A stretch of 57,914 nt of DNA from an uncultured Gammaproteobacteria bacterium (GCA_964596405.1 CAZQSS010000001.1:23020-80933), one strand, 5' to 3'; positions 36,032 to 44,503 are shown, numbered from the stretch's first letter. A program made the numbers and translations. Notes: generated by a model not told the origin, from the letters alone.

Positions 36032-36709
36032 TTAACTGTTTATTTTCTTAAAAATCCGGATCGATTCACAAAAAGTTACTACAATAACCATCCAACTGGC
36101 AATAAAAACAATGAGATTAAAAATGCTTTCCGGCCAAATATTTCTATATGTTATGTAGGATTTATCCGTGTGTACATAAGAACTTTGCTTAATTTCAGCT
36201 ACGCCACCAATTTGATCCGACGAAAGCACCTTGAACATAGGATTGAATGAACTGGGTGAGGGCTTTCGATATACGACTGTCAGGCTCCCAACCACATCCG
36301 TTATTTTAATCGCATTACATGTTCTATTATTTACAGAAGCGTATATTTTATTACTAGAATTATCCTTGTAATTAATTTGTATTTCCATTGCGCCCGCTTC
36401 ACTATCTTTATTATAGGGCAATTGAATTTTCGTGTCATTGATTGAAACCTCATTATTATTGTAAACACAAAAATAGTACCATCTTAGCTTCAATGGAATT
36501 CCAAATAGACTATTGAGTTCATCCAAAGGTGTTTCTGTATTATCAATATTGATGGCATCGATTTTTTCATTATCTTCGGGCAGTACGATTCTCGCTGACT
36601 CGACTAACTGGGGTTTTATCAAAACCCAAGCCATAATAATTGGGACGACCAAAAATAAAATAACCCACAAGACAATTTCTTTTTTGTTATCTCTTATGGT
36701 TTTAAACAA
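36032..36709 (-). CDS. Hypothetical protein with N- and C-terminal TM anchors
   Basis: 225 aa with a TTG start, in AT-rich DNA. I recognise no motif. Confidence 0.45.
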   Translation of the reverse strand: MFKTIRDNKKEIVLWVILFLVVPIIMAWVLIKPQLVESARIVLPEDNEKIDAINIDNTETPLDELNSLFGIPLKLRWYYFCVYNNNEVSINDTKIQLPYNKDSEAGAMEIQINYKDNSSNKIYASVNNRTCNAIKITDVVGSLTVVYRKPSPSSFNPMFKVLSSDQIGGVAEIKQSSYVHTDKSYITYRNIWPESIFNLIVFIASWMVIVVTFCESIRIFKKINS

Positions 36710-36793
36710 TCTGGTTATATAAACTCTAGGTGCCGTAGTATTTTTCGTGATAGAAGCGCAGTGGCTGTTCTGTCTCCGGAATGGCTTCTTAAT

Positions 36794-37924
36794 TTAAAAT
36801 ATAGACTGTGGGCTTTCCTTTTCGGTGGGGGCATAAGATTTGTATCGCGCGCTTCTTCCCAAACCGATTCGCTCAATCTTTTTAAGTTTGAGCAATACTT
36901 CAAGCGTTTGTTTTACTGTCGGTCTGGCTATTTTGGTATTTTCCGCGATATCGCCAGTACTCGTTTCTTTTGCCTTTTCAATGTATTGCCAAACGGTTAA
37001 CTGTTTTTCTGACAGAATTTTTTCTATATTTTCTTTGGATAATAATTCCACCGCCATTTGCGATTGTTTCAAGATGATATCTAAAAAGAAACCAAGCCAA
37101 TCGGCGATGTTTTCATTTTCTGTCCCTATTGTTTTTTGACTGCGCCGTAGGGCAATATAATAATCCGGTTTGTTGTCTTCAACTAATTTTTCATGAGAAA
37201 CATAGGGAATATACAAATATCCCGCTTGGAGTAGCAATAAGTTGGTGAGCACTCGGGATAAACGGCCGTTGCCGTCGGTAAACGGGTGTATCTTCAAAAA
37301 TTCAACCAAAAAATTACCAATCAAGAGTAGGGGGTGGTATTTATTTTCCTCTAATTTTTTTTGCGTCCACTCAACCAGATCTCTCGTTTGGCCCGGAGTA
37401 AGATATGCCGGCACAGTGTCAAACAGAATAGCGACTGATTTTCCAGTATCGTCTAACACGTGAACTTTGTTTTCGCCTTTTTTATAATCGCCGCGATGTT
37501 TTTCGTCCTTATCTACATATTTAAGAAGTTCTTGGTGAAAATGTTTAATGGTACTTTCACTAAATTTTTGCCCTTTCCACGAGTTAAAAACATTGTCCAG
37601 GAGTTCATAGTATCCCCGCGCTTCTTGTTTGTCGCGGTTGGTAAATTTTTGGATGTTAATGCCGCGCATCAATTTTTCAATGTCTTCGTCGGACAGGCGA
37701 GAGCCCTCAATGCGGGTGGACGCGCCGGTGGAGGTGATCAAAACAGAGCGTTTTAAACGCCCCAAAACCTGTGGGCTTAAGCGAGCGCCTGTTATCCATT
37801 GTCCTTTTAGTTCATCAATTTTGGCGGTTTTAGAGACAATAAAAGACGGAATCTGCTCAATTCGTCTGAAAAAATTATTCGAAATTTGATGATTTTCTGT
37901 TATTTTTTGGCTAATATCAGGCAT
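36794..37924 (-). CDS. Fic family protein (AMPylase-type) with C-terminal winged HTH
   Basis: 376 aa with the canonical Fic motif HPFTDGNGRLSR, plus a C-terminal DIAENTKIARPTVKQTLEVLLK helix-turn-helix. Confidence 0.9.
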   Translation of the reverse strand: MPDISQKITENHQISNNFFRRIEQIPSFIVSKTAKIDELKGQWITGARLSPQVLGRLKRSVLITSTGASTRIEGSRLSDEDIEKLMRGINIQKFTNRDKQEARGYYELLDNVFNSWKGQKFSESTIKHFHQELLKYVDKDEKHRGDYKKGENKVHVLDDTGKSVAILFDTVPAYLTPGQTRDLVEWTQKKLEENKYHPLLLIGNFLVEFLKIHPFTDGNGRLSRVLTNLLLLQAGYLYIPYVSHEKLVEDNKPDYYIALRRSQKTIGTENENIADWLGFFLDIILKQSQMAVELLSKENIEKILSEKQLTVWQYIEKAKETSTGDIAENTKIARPTVKQTLEVLLKLKKIERIGLGRSARYKSYAPTEKESPQSIF

Positions 37925-38000
37925 ATATTTAAATTGGACATATTAACTATATCCAATTATATCCGATTAGGGAAAACTAGTCAATTCGATTAGAATGAGC

Positions 38001-38033
38001 GATTCGCGCAAGATTCGCGCAACAATCGCGCAA
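38001..38033. repeat. Three tandem 11-nt repeats upstream of the Fic gene
   Basis: GATTCGCGCAA GATTCGCGCAA CAATCGCGCAA. Confidence 0.8.
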
Positions 38034-38056
38034 AGCTAAAACAGCCCCCTCAGTTT

Positions 38057-38716
38057 TTAAGCCCCATAATATTTTTCGCAGTAGAAGCGAAGTAGTTGCT
38101 CTATTTCCGGAATGGCTTCTTTATTGATAATGCCGGTTTTTAGTTTCTTTTGAATATCTTCAAGGGTGCGGGCGCCGTCTAAGACAGCTTGTTCTATGTC
38201 GCGGTCGGTGATTTTTAATTGCTCGTCAATAATTTTGCCGCCATCAGAGACCACCCGGTCATGCTGGCCGGATTTGTGAAAATAATCATTGATAGCCGCG
38301 CGCAGGGCCTTGTCACCCAAAACCGAACAGTGAACTTTGCGTTCGGGCAAACCACCGAGTCGTTTCATAATATCCTGCGGCCGGATTCGCAAAGCATCCT
38401 CAATTTTCATTCCACCTTTTTCAATCACCATCACAGAAAGCATAGAAGTGGCGGCAATAGCCGAAGCGCAGCCGAAAGTCTGCCATTTGCACTCTTTGAT
38501 TTTATCCGTTTTGGGGTCAATTTTAACCCAGAGCACCATTTCATCGCCGCAAGCCGGCGAACCCACGCGGCCCATGCCATCGGCCTTAAAACCCGCTTCT
38601 TCGCCGTGTTTTAAAAGATTTTTGGGATTAAAAAAATGCTCTTTGACTGCTTCGGAATAATACCAGGGTTGGCCGGATTGGTTAAAACCGTCGGCTTTTG
38701 TTTGTTTGGAAGGCAT
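38057..38716 (-). CDS. nifU: NifU/IscU-type Fe-S cluster scaffold with C-terminal extension
   Basis: 219 aa with the three scaffold cysteines (SPACGD, FGCASAIA, HCSVL), directly downstream of nifS. Confidence 0.85.
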   Translation of the reverse strand: MPSKQTKADGFNQSGQPWYYSEAVKEHFFNPKNLLKHGEEAGFKADGMGRVGSPACGDEMVLWVKIDPKTDKIKECKWQTFGCASAIAATSMLSVMVIEKGGMKIEDALRIRPQDIMKRLGGLPERKVHCSVLGDKALRAAINDYFHKSGQHDRVVSDGGKIIDEQLKITDRDIEQAVLDGARTLEDIQKKLKTGIINKEAIPEIEQLLRFYCEKYYGA

Positions 38717-38737
38717 AGTTTATTTTACCTAAGCTGG

Positions 38738-38759
38738 ATTCCCGATCGTGGTCGGGAAT
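38738..38759. other. Hairpin in the nifS|nifU spacer
   Basis: ATTCCCGA-TCGTGG-TCGGGAAT. Confidence 0.5.
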
Positions 38760-38779
38760 GACAGAAGAGAGTTTAGAAT

Positions 38780-40021
38780 TTATTTATACTTGGCGTGCTT
38801 GTTTGGATTACAAACGTCTAAATTTACCGGCGAGATCTCGCGCAATTTGCTGACAATGCCGGGCAAAACTTTAATTAAATAATCAATTTGTTGTTTGTTG
38901 TTGCTATGCCCCAAAGAAAACCGCAAACTGCCGTGGGCAAATTCATAGGGCACGCCCAAAGCGCGAATCACGTGCGACGGCTCCAGCGATTCCGAAGTGC
39001 AAGCCGAACCGGTGGCCGCCTGTATTCCCACTTCGTCTAAATACAGCAATAAGGCTTCGCCTTCAATATCCAAAATTGTGATGTTTAGATTGTTGGGCAA
39101 TCTTTTTAAGTTTTTTGCGGCCGCACCCGCCTCCTCGGCGGGCAGGTCCGGTTCGGGGCCGTTTAATTTGATTTTAGGCACGGCTTTTTGCAGTTTTGCC
39201 CAAAGATAATTGCGTAAACCGATTAATCTTTTGTTTTCTTTGTCTTTATTTTTTTGCGCCAGTTCCAAGGCAGTGACTAACCCGATAATGCCGGCGGTGT
39301 TTTCTGTGCCCGGCCGCAGGGCAAATTCCTGTTCGCCGCCGAAAATCAGCGGTTGAATTTTTACGCCGCGTTTTTTAAATAATACACCCACGCCTTTGGG
39401 CCCGTAAATTTTACTGCCGTTGAGTGTCAACAAATCAACATGCAGGCGATTGACATTCAAATCCAGGGCGCCGGCCGCCTGGCAGGCATCAGTATGGAAA
39501 ATTATATGCGGATGATTTTTCTTCAAAGCATTTCCAATTTCCGCCACCGGTTCAATCGTGCCGATTTCGTTGTTGGCAAACATCACTGAAACCAAAATCG
39601 TCTGCGGCGTAATAGCTTTAAGCACCTGCTCGGTTGTGACAAAACCTTCGGCATCCACGGGCAGATAAGTGACTTTAAAACCTTCTTTTTCCAGTTGTTC
39701 GCAGGCGTGTAAAACCGCGTGGTGTTCAATTTTGGTGGTGATGATGTGGTTCCCCTGCGCGCGATTTGCCCGGGCCGCGCCCAAAATCGCCAAATTATCC
39801 GATTCCGTGCCGCCGGCGGTAAAGATTATTTCGCCGGCCGAACAGCCAAAAACTTGAGCGACAAATTTGCGCGCGCCGCTGATGGCATTTAACGCTTCCC
39901 GACCCTTTTGGTACAAAGCCGATGGATTGCCAAACTTCTCATTAAAAAAGGGCAGCATGGCTTTTAAAACGCGCGGATCTATGGGGGTAGTGGCGGCATG
40001 ATCTAAATAAACATTTTTCAT
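38780..40021 (-). CDS. nifS: Cysteine desulfurase, NifS/IscS family
   Basis: 413 aa with HHAV, the PLP-Lys region LNGSKIYGPKGVG and the catalytic Cys loop ATGSACTSESLEPSHV. It contains an in-frame GC-rich insert (PEPDLPAEEAGAAAKN). Confidence 0.93.
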   Translation of the reverse strand: MKNVYLDHAATTPIDPRVLKAMLPFFNEKFGNPSALYQKGREALNAISGARKFVAQVFGCSAGEIIFTAGGTESDNLAILGAARANRAQGNHIITTKIEHHAVLHACEQLEKEGFKVTYLPVDAEGFVTTEQVLKAITPQTILVSVMFANNEIGTIEPVAEIGNALKKNHPHIIFHTDACQAAGALDLNVNRLHVDLLTLNGSKIYGPKGVGVLFKKRGVKIQPLIFGGEQEFALRPGTENTAGIIGLVTALELAQKNKDKENKRLIGLRNYLWAKLQKAVPKIKLNGPEPDLPAEEAGAAAKNLKRLPNNLNITILDIEGEALLLYLDEVGIQAATGSACTSESLEPSHVIRALGVPYEFAHGSLRFSLGHSNNKQQIDYLIKVLPGIVSKLREISPVNLDVCNPNKHAKYK

Positions 40022-40022
40022 A

Positions 40023-40616
40023 CTAAAACGGCAAAGTTAAATTGATATTGTGCCCGGCATCGGTGGCGGATTTAACCGGCGGGGCAAAATTGATGGGGAA
40101 TGGCCGTTGTTTGCCCGTGGCCAATTCTTGGAAAAAAAGCTGGCGATTTTTTACGCCATACTCGTATAATTCGCGGGTCACTTTCACATCCTGAAGACAA
40201 TATTTTTCAATTTTATCAAACTCCCCTGTTTTAAACCATTCTACCGCCTGCAAACCGTTGGCGCTTTTCGATATCCCCAACGTGGCTTTGGCCAAGTCAT
40301 CAAGTTTTAATCTGAAACCTAGACTTTTCTTCACTTCTTCCAGCATATCCAGCTGAGGCAATTTGGATAAATCCCCGCCGTAATAATTGTTTAAAACCGG
40401 CAGATCAAAATACCGCGAATTGTAACCGATAATGCGTTCGGCAGATTCTAAAATCGGCCAGAGTTTATTAAGTTCGTTTTCTTTAAAAGAAGAAAACTGG
40501 CCCGTTTTATAATCATAAATACAGGCAATAGAGACTTTTAAATCCCCCGTCCTCCCCTGCCCGCCCGGGGCAAAAATATTTTGAGTTTCAATGTCGATTA
40601 CAATCTCGTTGGACAT
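40023..40616 (-). CDS. DEDD-type 3-prime-5-prime exonuclease / RNase H-fold protein
   Basis: 197 aa with IVIDIETQN, GYNSRYFDLPVL and YCLQDVKVTRELY (Exo I, II and III-like acidic motifs). Confidence 0.65.
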   Translation of the reverse strand: MSNEIVIDIETQNIFAPGGQGRTGDLKVSIACIYDYKTGQFSSFKENELNKLWPILESAERIIGYNSRYFDLPVLNNYYGGDLSKLPQLDMLEEVKKSLGFRLKLDDLAKATLGISKSANGLQAVEWFKTGEFDKIEKYCLQDVKVTRELYEYGVKNRQLFFQELATGKQRPFPINFAPPVKSATDAGHNINLTLPF

Positions 40617-40662
40617 ATAAACACAGACACACAGATTAAATAAATTTCACAGATCACAGATT
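40614..40662 (-). repeat. TCTGTG-repeat stop-to-start spacer module, copy 2 (glutaredoxin|exonuclease)
   Basis: The sense strand reads AATCTGTGATCTGTGAAATTTATTTAATCTGTGTGTCTGTGTTTATATG. Confidence 0.8.
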
Positions 40663-40893
40663 TTAAAGAAGTTCTTCAATTTTTGTTTTATCAAAACCAA
40701 CAATGATTTCGCCGTCAATATCAATCACCGGCACGCCCATCTGGCCGGACTTGTCTATCATTTCTTCGGCCGCAACCTGATCGGCGGCCACATCTTTGTG
40801 AACAAAAGGAATATTTTTGGATTTCAAAAAATCCATGGCCATGTGGCAATAAGGACAGGTGGGAGTGGAATAGACGATAATTGATTTGGGCAT
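40663..40893 (-). CDS. Glutaredoxin-like protein (NrdH/Grx fold)
   Basis: 76 aa counted from the ATG at 40893, with the CPYC active site and GVPVIDIDGE. The longer ORF translates the upstream 9-nt repeats. Confidence 0.85.
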   Translation of the reverse strand: MPKSIIVYSTPTCPYCHMAMDFLKSKNIPFVHKDVAADQVAAEEMIDKSGQMGVPVIDIDGEIIVGFDKTKIEELL

Positions 40894-40933
40894 AATTATT
40901 CTAATTACTCTAATTAACCTAATTATTCTAATC
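40894..40933. repeat. 9-nt tandem repeat (about 4.5 units) abutting the glutaredoxin start codon
   Basis: The + strand reads AATTATTCT AATTACTCT AATTAACCT AATTATTCT AATCA. Confidence 0.8.
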
Positions 40934-40954
40934 AAATTCCAAGATATTGTCTAG

Positions 40955-41064
40955 CCCCATTACAGTTTCAACCAAGATCAACTTTATTCAATCTCTGTAA
41001 GGCGAAGGCGCCTTACGGCTTTGATTGGCAGTATCCAATGTTCTTTCTTAAAACTGTAACGGGG
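40955..41064 (-). repeat. Long-stem intergenic element, family B copy 2
   Basis: On the sense strand, CCCCGTTACAGTTT pairs with AAACTGTAATGGGG with one G-U pair. The inner hairpin is GTAAGGCG-CCTT-CGCCTTAC. Confidence 0.75.
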
Positions 41065-41069
41065 TAAAT

Positions 41070-42407
41070 CTAATATTGAATGATATTGCGGATTTCTTGC
41101 GCCTCTTCGGGTTTGCGGGCCAAGATCTTTTCTATATTATATGTGCCCAGCCGGGGCGCCTCTAAAAACCCGCGCATGGCCGCCTGCGCCAGCCAACCGC
41201 TCTGCACCAAATCCAAAAGCCATTCATTGGTGTAGGCCGGATCATTTTGAGCGATACCGGCGCCAATGGATTTGAGCCAAAGTTTGTTAAACACCTCTTG
41301 CGAGCCGATGGGCGGCGACATTATAATGGGCAAGCCCAAAGCGGAATAAAACGTCAGTTCGCTGGGTTTAGTCCACAAAACATCGGTGGTTCGGAGCAAT
41401 TTATTAAACTTTTTAAAATAATCATTTTTATCCGGCGTGTAAAGTATTTTTACCTGTTTGTCTAAAGATTTGGCCAACCCAGCCTCTTTTGTCGCTTTAA
41501 TAAAATAGTCTCTGATATCTTCGTGAATACCGGCAATCAGATTGAGATTGATTTTTTTATCGGCGATTTCTTTGGCTAAACTCTTTAGAATAGTCGCGCC
41601 AATTTCGCGCTGGGCGCCGGCGCCACCCACGGCAAAAGTAATAGTTAAGGGATGGTTGGATCGCGCGTAAAGATTTTTCCGACCCAGCTGTTTTTGAATG
41701 GTTGAACTATAACGGCGGCGAAAGCGGCCCAGGGGATCCAAATTTATTAGCCGATGGCCCAAATCGTGTTTTAGAGTATTGAGTTTGGGGCCGCCGAGAT
41801 TTTCTTTAGGTAAAGGAAAGCCGGTTAAAAAAATTCTTTCCGGTTTAACGCCATATAATTTTAACCGTTCGGCCACGCGATAGCAGGGCACAAAATAATT
41901 GATACGCGAGGCCGGGGTTTTAAGATCCGCCCAAACCCGAGCGATGTCGGCGTCGCAAATGACGCAATAAATTTCGCCTTCATAATTAAAATACTCCGCC
42001 ATAAAAGCGATGGAAAAAAAACTGGTAACGAGCGGATGCGGCTTTTTGTTGAGTTGCTCGATTAAATGTTTTCCCCACTGCCGTTTTTCAATCAGATGAA
42101 ATATTTCTTTTAACTGAAACGATGGCCGCGAAAGATCTCGTTTGGGATAAAACTCGGGTATCGCCTGAAACTTGTCGTACAAATTAAAAGCCGCCCGGCC
42201 CACCACCGGCACGCGGCTAAAACGGGAGATAAATTCATAAAAACTCTGGCTGGTTTGCCAGATTTTACGGTCGCCCTCCGGAATACCTTTATAATTGTTG
42301 GCCGTGATTATTTTTTTGTAAGCCAAAGGCTGGAGAGGAAAGGTGGCTCGTTGATGACCATAACCCATATCGACCGCCACCAGCCAAACGTGATGATTTT
42401 TTTTCAT
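41070..42407 (-). CDS. GT-B fold glycosyltransferase-like protein (MGDG synthase/MurG superfamily, tentative)
   Basis: 445 aa counted from the ATG at 42407, which forms an ATGA overlap with the upstream gene. Motifs include DMGYGHQRA, FAVGGAGAQ and WTKPSELTFY. Confidence 0.45.
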   Translation of the reverse strand: MKKNHHVWLVAVDMGYGHQRATFPLQPLAYKKIITANNYKGIPEGDRKIWQTSQSFYEFISRFSRVPVVGRAAFNLYDKFQAIPEFYPKRDLSRPSFQLKEIFHLIEKRQWGKHLIEQLNKKPHPLVTSFFSIAFMAEYFNYEGEIYCVICDADIARVWADLKTPASRINYFVPCYRVAERLKLYGVKPERIFLTGFPLPKENLGGPKLNTLKHDLGHRLINLDPLGRFRRRYSSTIQKQLGRKNLYARSNHPLTITFAVGGAGAQREIGATILKSLAKEIADKKINLNLIAGIHEDIRDYFIKATKEAGLAKSLDKQVKILYTPDKNDYFKKFNKLLRTTDVLWTKPSELTFYSALGLPIIMSPPIGSQEVFNKLWLKSIGAGIAQNDPAYTNEWLLDLVQSGWLAQAAMRGFLEAPRLGTYNIEKILARKPEEAQEIRNIIQY

Positions 42408-42790
42408 GGCAGTTCCAATAAAAGTTTGCCAAACGGAATTTCCAGGCAAAAATTTTTATCTTTATTTTGATAAGTTTTACTTTGAGGATTTTGGCGTTCT
42501 TGCAAACTAAAAGAGTAAGTCAGCTCTTCACCACCATTGACCGGATAAGAAATTACCTCCAGCACGCCCACAAGCAGGGTATCGTCATCGGGGTACTCCC
42601 TCTCCCCCATGGGCATGTCTTTTTGAAGTCTTTCCAATTCGGCCTGATTAACGCCGGTTTGTTTTAAAAACTCTAAAGTCATATCCGAGGCTTTATCTAA
42701 ACTTTTTGAACTCATAAGCATGGTTTTGAGTTCTTTTAAACTCTCGTCGGGGTCAAAAATTTTTAAGTCGTTTTCCTGGTGATTGGTCAT
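42404..42790 (-). CDS. Hypothetical protein (128 aa)
   Basis: ORF whose ATG is the last three nucleotides of repeat element A3. It is translationally coupled to the downstream glycosyltransferase-like gene. Confidence 0.5.
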   Translation of the reverse strand: MTNHQENDLKIFDPDESLKELKTMLMSSKSLDKASDMTLEFLKQTGVNQAELERLQKDMPMGEREYPDDDTLLVGVLEVISYPVNGGEELTYSFSLQERQNPQSKTYQNKDKNFCLEIPFGKLLLELP

Positions 42791-42935
42791 ACCCAGTATA
42801 TCAACCCCGCATGATTTTCATCAGTTGGGGATATAAATTAAACTATTTTATTTTATCTACTTGTTCTCCCAGCAACACTCATTTACCCCTATATGTTTCG
42901 CGAAGCGAAACTTGCGGGGTTGTATTACTGGGCAT
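42788..42935 (-). repeat. Long-stem intergenic element, family A copy 3 (outside the atp operon)
   Basis: Same arms and the same inner GTTTCGCTTCGCGAAAC hairpin as copy 2, with a divergent central region. Confidence 0.85.
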
Positions 42936-42984
42936 AAAGATAAAAATTAAGTTTATTCTTATTCATACATTTTACTCCTATTTA

Positions 42985-43013
42985 TTGCTTTTAGCAACTG
43001 AATCCTGTAAAAT
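42985..43013 (+). promoter_or_regulatory. Sigma70-like promoter of the ZIP transporter gene (near-leaderless)
   Basis: TTGCTT (42985-42990), a 17-nt spacer, then TAAAAT (43008-43013). The ATG at 43022 is only 8 nt further on. Confidence 0.4.
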
Positions 43014-43021
43014 AATAAGAT

Positions 43022-43765
43022 ATGTTGCTAAACATCATCTTGGCCAATATCGCCGTGGGCTTAGTAGGCGTTTTGGGCGCTTACAGCGTGATTCGATTTT
43101 TTGCCAAAGATCATCATCGCCTGATGTTTTTTGTCAGTTTTGCCGCCGGCGCGATGATTGCCGTGGCTTTTTTTGATTTGTTGCCCGAAGCGCTGGCCGC
43201 GCAAAAAGAGGCAATGATTACGATGGAGTTTTTAGTTCTAGGTCTTGTTTTGTTTTTGTTAATTGAAAAGGGCTTGATCTACTATCATTGCCACGAAGAA
43301 AATTGCCGGGTGCACCAATCAGTCAAGCTGATAATGCTCGGCGACGCCGTTCACAATCTTTTGGACGGAGTAGCCATTGCCGCGAGTTTTATGGTCAGTC
43401 CGGCAGTGGGCATCTTTACCACGCTCGCTATTATCATCCATGAAATACCGCAGGAAATTGGCGACGCCGGCATTCTTTTGCATGCCGGTTATAGCCGCGC
43501 CAAAACAGCGCTTTATAATTTAATCACGGCCGGCACCGGTATCGCGGGCGGCCTCCTCGCCTATTACGCTTTAAGTTCTTTCAGCCAAGCTCTGCCCTAC
43601 ATCTTGGCCGTCACAGCCGGCGGTTTTATCTATATTTCGGCCGCGGATCTTCTGCCTGAACTGCACAAGGATAGCGACACGCGCCTGGATGTTATTTTGC
43701 ACACCGCCACTTTTATTTTTGGCATTTTGATAATCTGGCTTTTGGGAAAATACGTTGGCGAATAA
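43022..43765 (+). CDS. ZIP family divalent metal transporter
   Basis: 247 aa, polytopic, with the HEIPQEIGD signature and the HNLLDG motif. Confidence 0.85.
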   Translation: MLLNIILANIAVGLVGVLGAYSVIRFFAKDHHRLMFFVSFAAGAMIAVAFFDLLPEALAAQKEAMITMEFLVLGLVLFLLIEKGLIYYHCHEENCRVHQSVKLIMLGDAVHNLLDGVAIAASFMVSPAVGIFTTLAIIIHEIPQEIGDAGILLHAGYSRAKTALYNLITAGTGIAGGLLAYYALSSFSQALPYILAVTAGGFIYISAADLLPELHKDSDTRLDVILHTATFIFGILIIWLLGKYVGE

Positions 43766-43773
43766 TTAAAAAG

Positions 43774-43806
43774 AAAAAACCCTGTTGTTAAACAGGGTTT
43801 TTGTTT
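43774..43806. terminator. Bidirectional terminator between convergent genes
   Basis: AAAAAACCCTGTT-GTTA-AACAGGGTTTTTGTTTT. Confidence 0.7.
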
Positions 43807-43817
43807 TGCCGGTGTTT

Positions 43818-44042
43818 TTACTCGACGAGATCGAAGATAAAGCCCGCGGTTTTGATGACCTCGGCCGCGTGTTCGTACTTCATTCGGTGGTTTTGCTGTT
43901 GGCTGGGATCGTTAAACTCCCTCTCGTATCCGCAGCTGCACACCAGCGTGGCCGGGACGTGGCCATCACAACCGGAATCGCCGCAATGATACTTTTCACC
44001 CCGCACGATTTTCATCTTGTGTACTTTCACGACCTCGAACAT
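43818..44042 (-). CDS. Small Cys/His-rich protein (74 aa), possible zinc-binding
   Basis: ATG at 44042 preceded by AAGGAGG. The protein contains HCGDSGCDGH...CSCG. Confidence 0.45.
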   Translation of the reverse strand: MFEVVKVHKMKIVRGEKYHCGDSGCDGHVPATLVCSCGYEREFNDPSQQQNHRMKYEHAAEVIKTAGFIFDLVE

Positions 44043-44074
44043 GGGACGCCTCCTTAGGTTTGAGTTTTGGGAAA

Positions 44075-44503
44075 CTACAGACTCGCGCAAAATGGATCTT
44101 CGCCAGCGAGGATTTTATCCAAGCGGCTACGAAGCAATTCGTAGCGCGTTTTGGTATATTCCATACTCAACAGATAGTTGCGATAACGACGCTCTGGCGG
44201 AGGGAAATCAAGCTTTGCTTCACCGAACTGTTCGATCGTTAAATCAACCTCGGCGCCATCGGGCAGATGATTCCAACAGTGACAACCGGCAAGGATAACG
44301 CTACCCTCGAATCTCAAACCCTGAAGCGAAGCACACAAAAGATCGCCGCCAAAAAAATCTTGAACAATGAGCGAAACGACAATGCAGTGACCCCGGAAAG
44401 GATTTTCCGGTTTCCATTGCTCCGGCGCATGCGACGTCTGTGCGTCAACGATCAACCGCAAAAGATATCGCAACTCCTCTACTGTAAACGGCGACGGATT
44501 CAT
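44075..44503 (-). CDS. Hypothetical protein (142 aa), possibly YunG-like
   Basis: AAGGAG before the ATG. The GHCIVVSLIVQDFFGG...CHCWNHLPDG..DLTIEQF pattern matches my recollection of YunG-type proteins, but this is unverified. Confidence 0.35.
   Translation of the reverse strand: MNPSPFTVEELRYLLRLIVDAQTSHAPEQWKPENPFRGHCIVVSLIVQDFFGGDLLCASLQGLRFEGSVILAGCHCWNHLPDGAEVDLTIEQFGEAKLDFPPPERRYRNYLLSMEYTKTRYELLRSRLDKILAGEDPFCASL

Noticed and set aside
36715-37000. Small ORFs at 36715-36903 (-) and 36761-37000 (+) at the 3-prime end of the Fic gene.
   Set aside because: They overlap the Fic C-terminal HTH coding region and have no supporting signals.
40894-40935. The MIRIIRLIRVIRII extension on the glutaredoxin ORF.
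   Set aside because: It is a read-through of the 9-nt tandem DNA repeat. The ATG at 40893 gives a normal glutaredoxin N-terminus (MPKSIIVYSTPTCPYC).
42818-42824. A CUGAUGA hammerhead-core-like heptamer in family A copy 3.
   Set aside because: The other two copies read GUGAUGA and GUGAUAA. There is no stem II plus GAAA arrangement or cleavage-site context. The segment is better explained as a small UGAU-GAA-AUCA hairpin.
43785-44057. A plus-strand 90-aa ORF opposite the Cys/His-rich mini-gene.
   Set aside because: It starts inside the bidirectional terminator hairpin and lacks a ribosome-binding site. The minus-strand frame has AAGGAGG at ideal spacing and continues the same-strand gene run.
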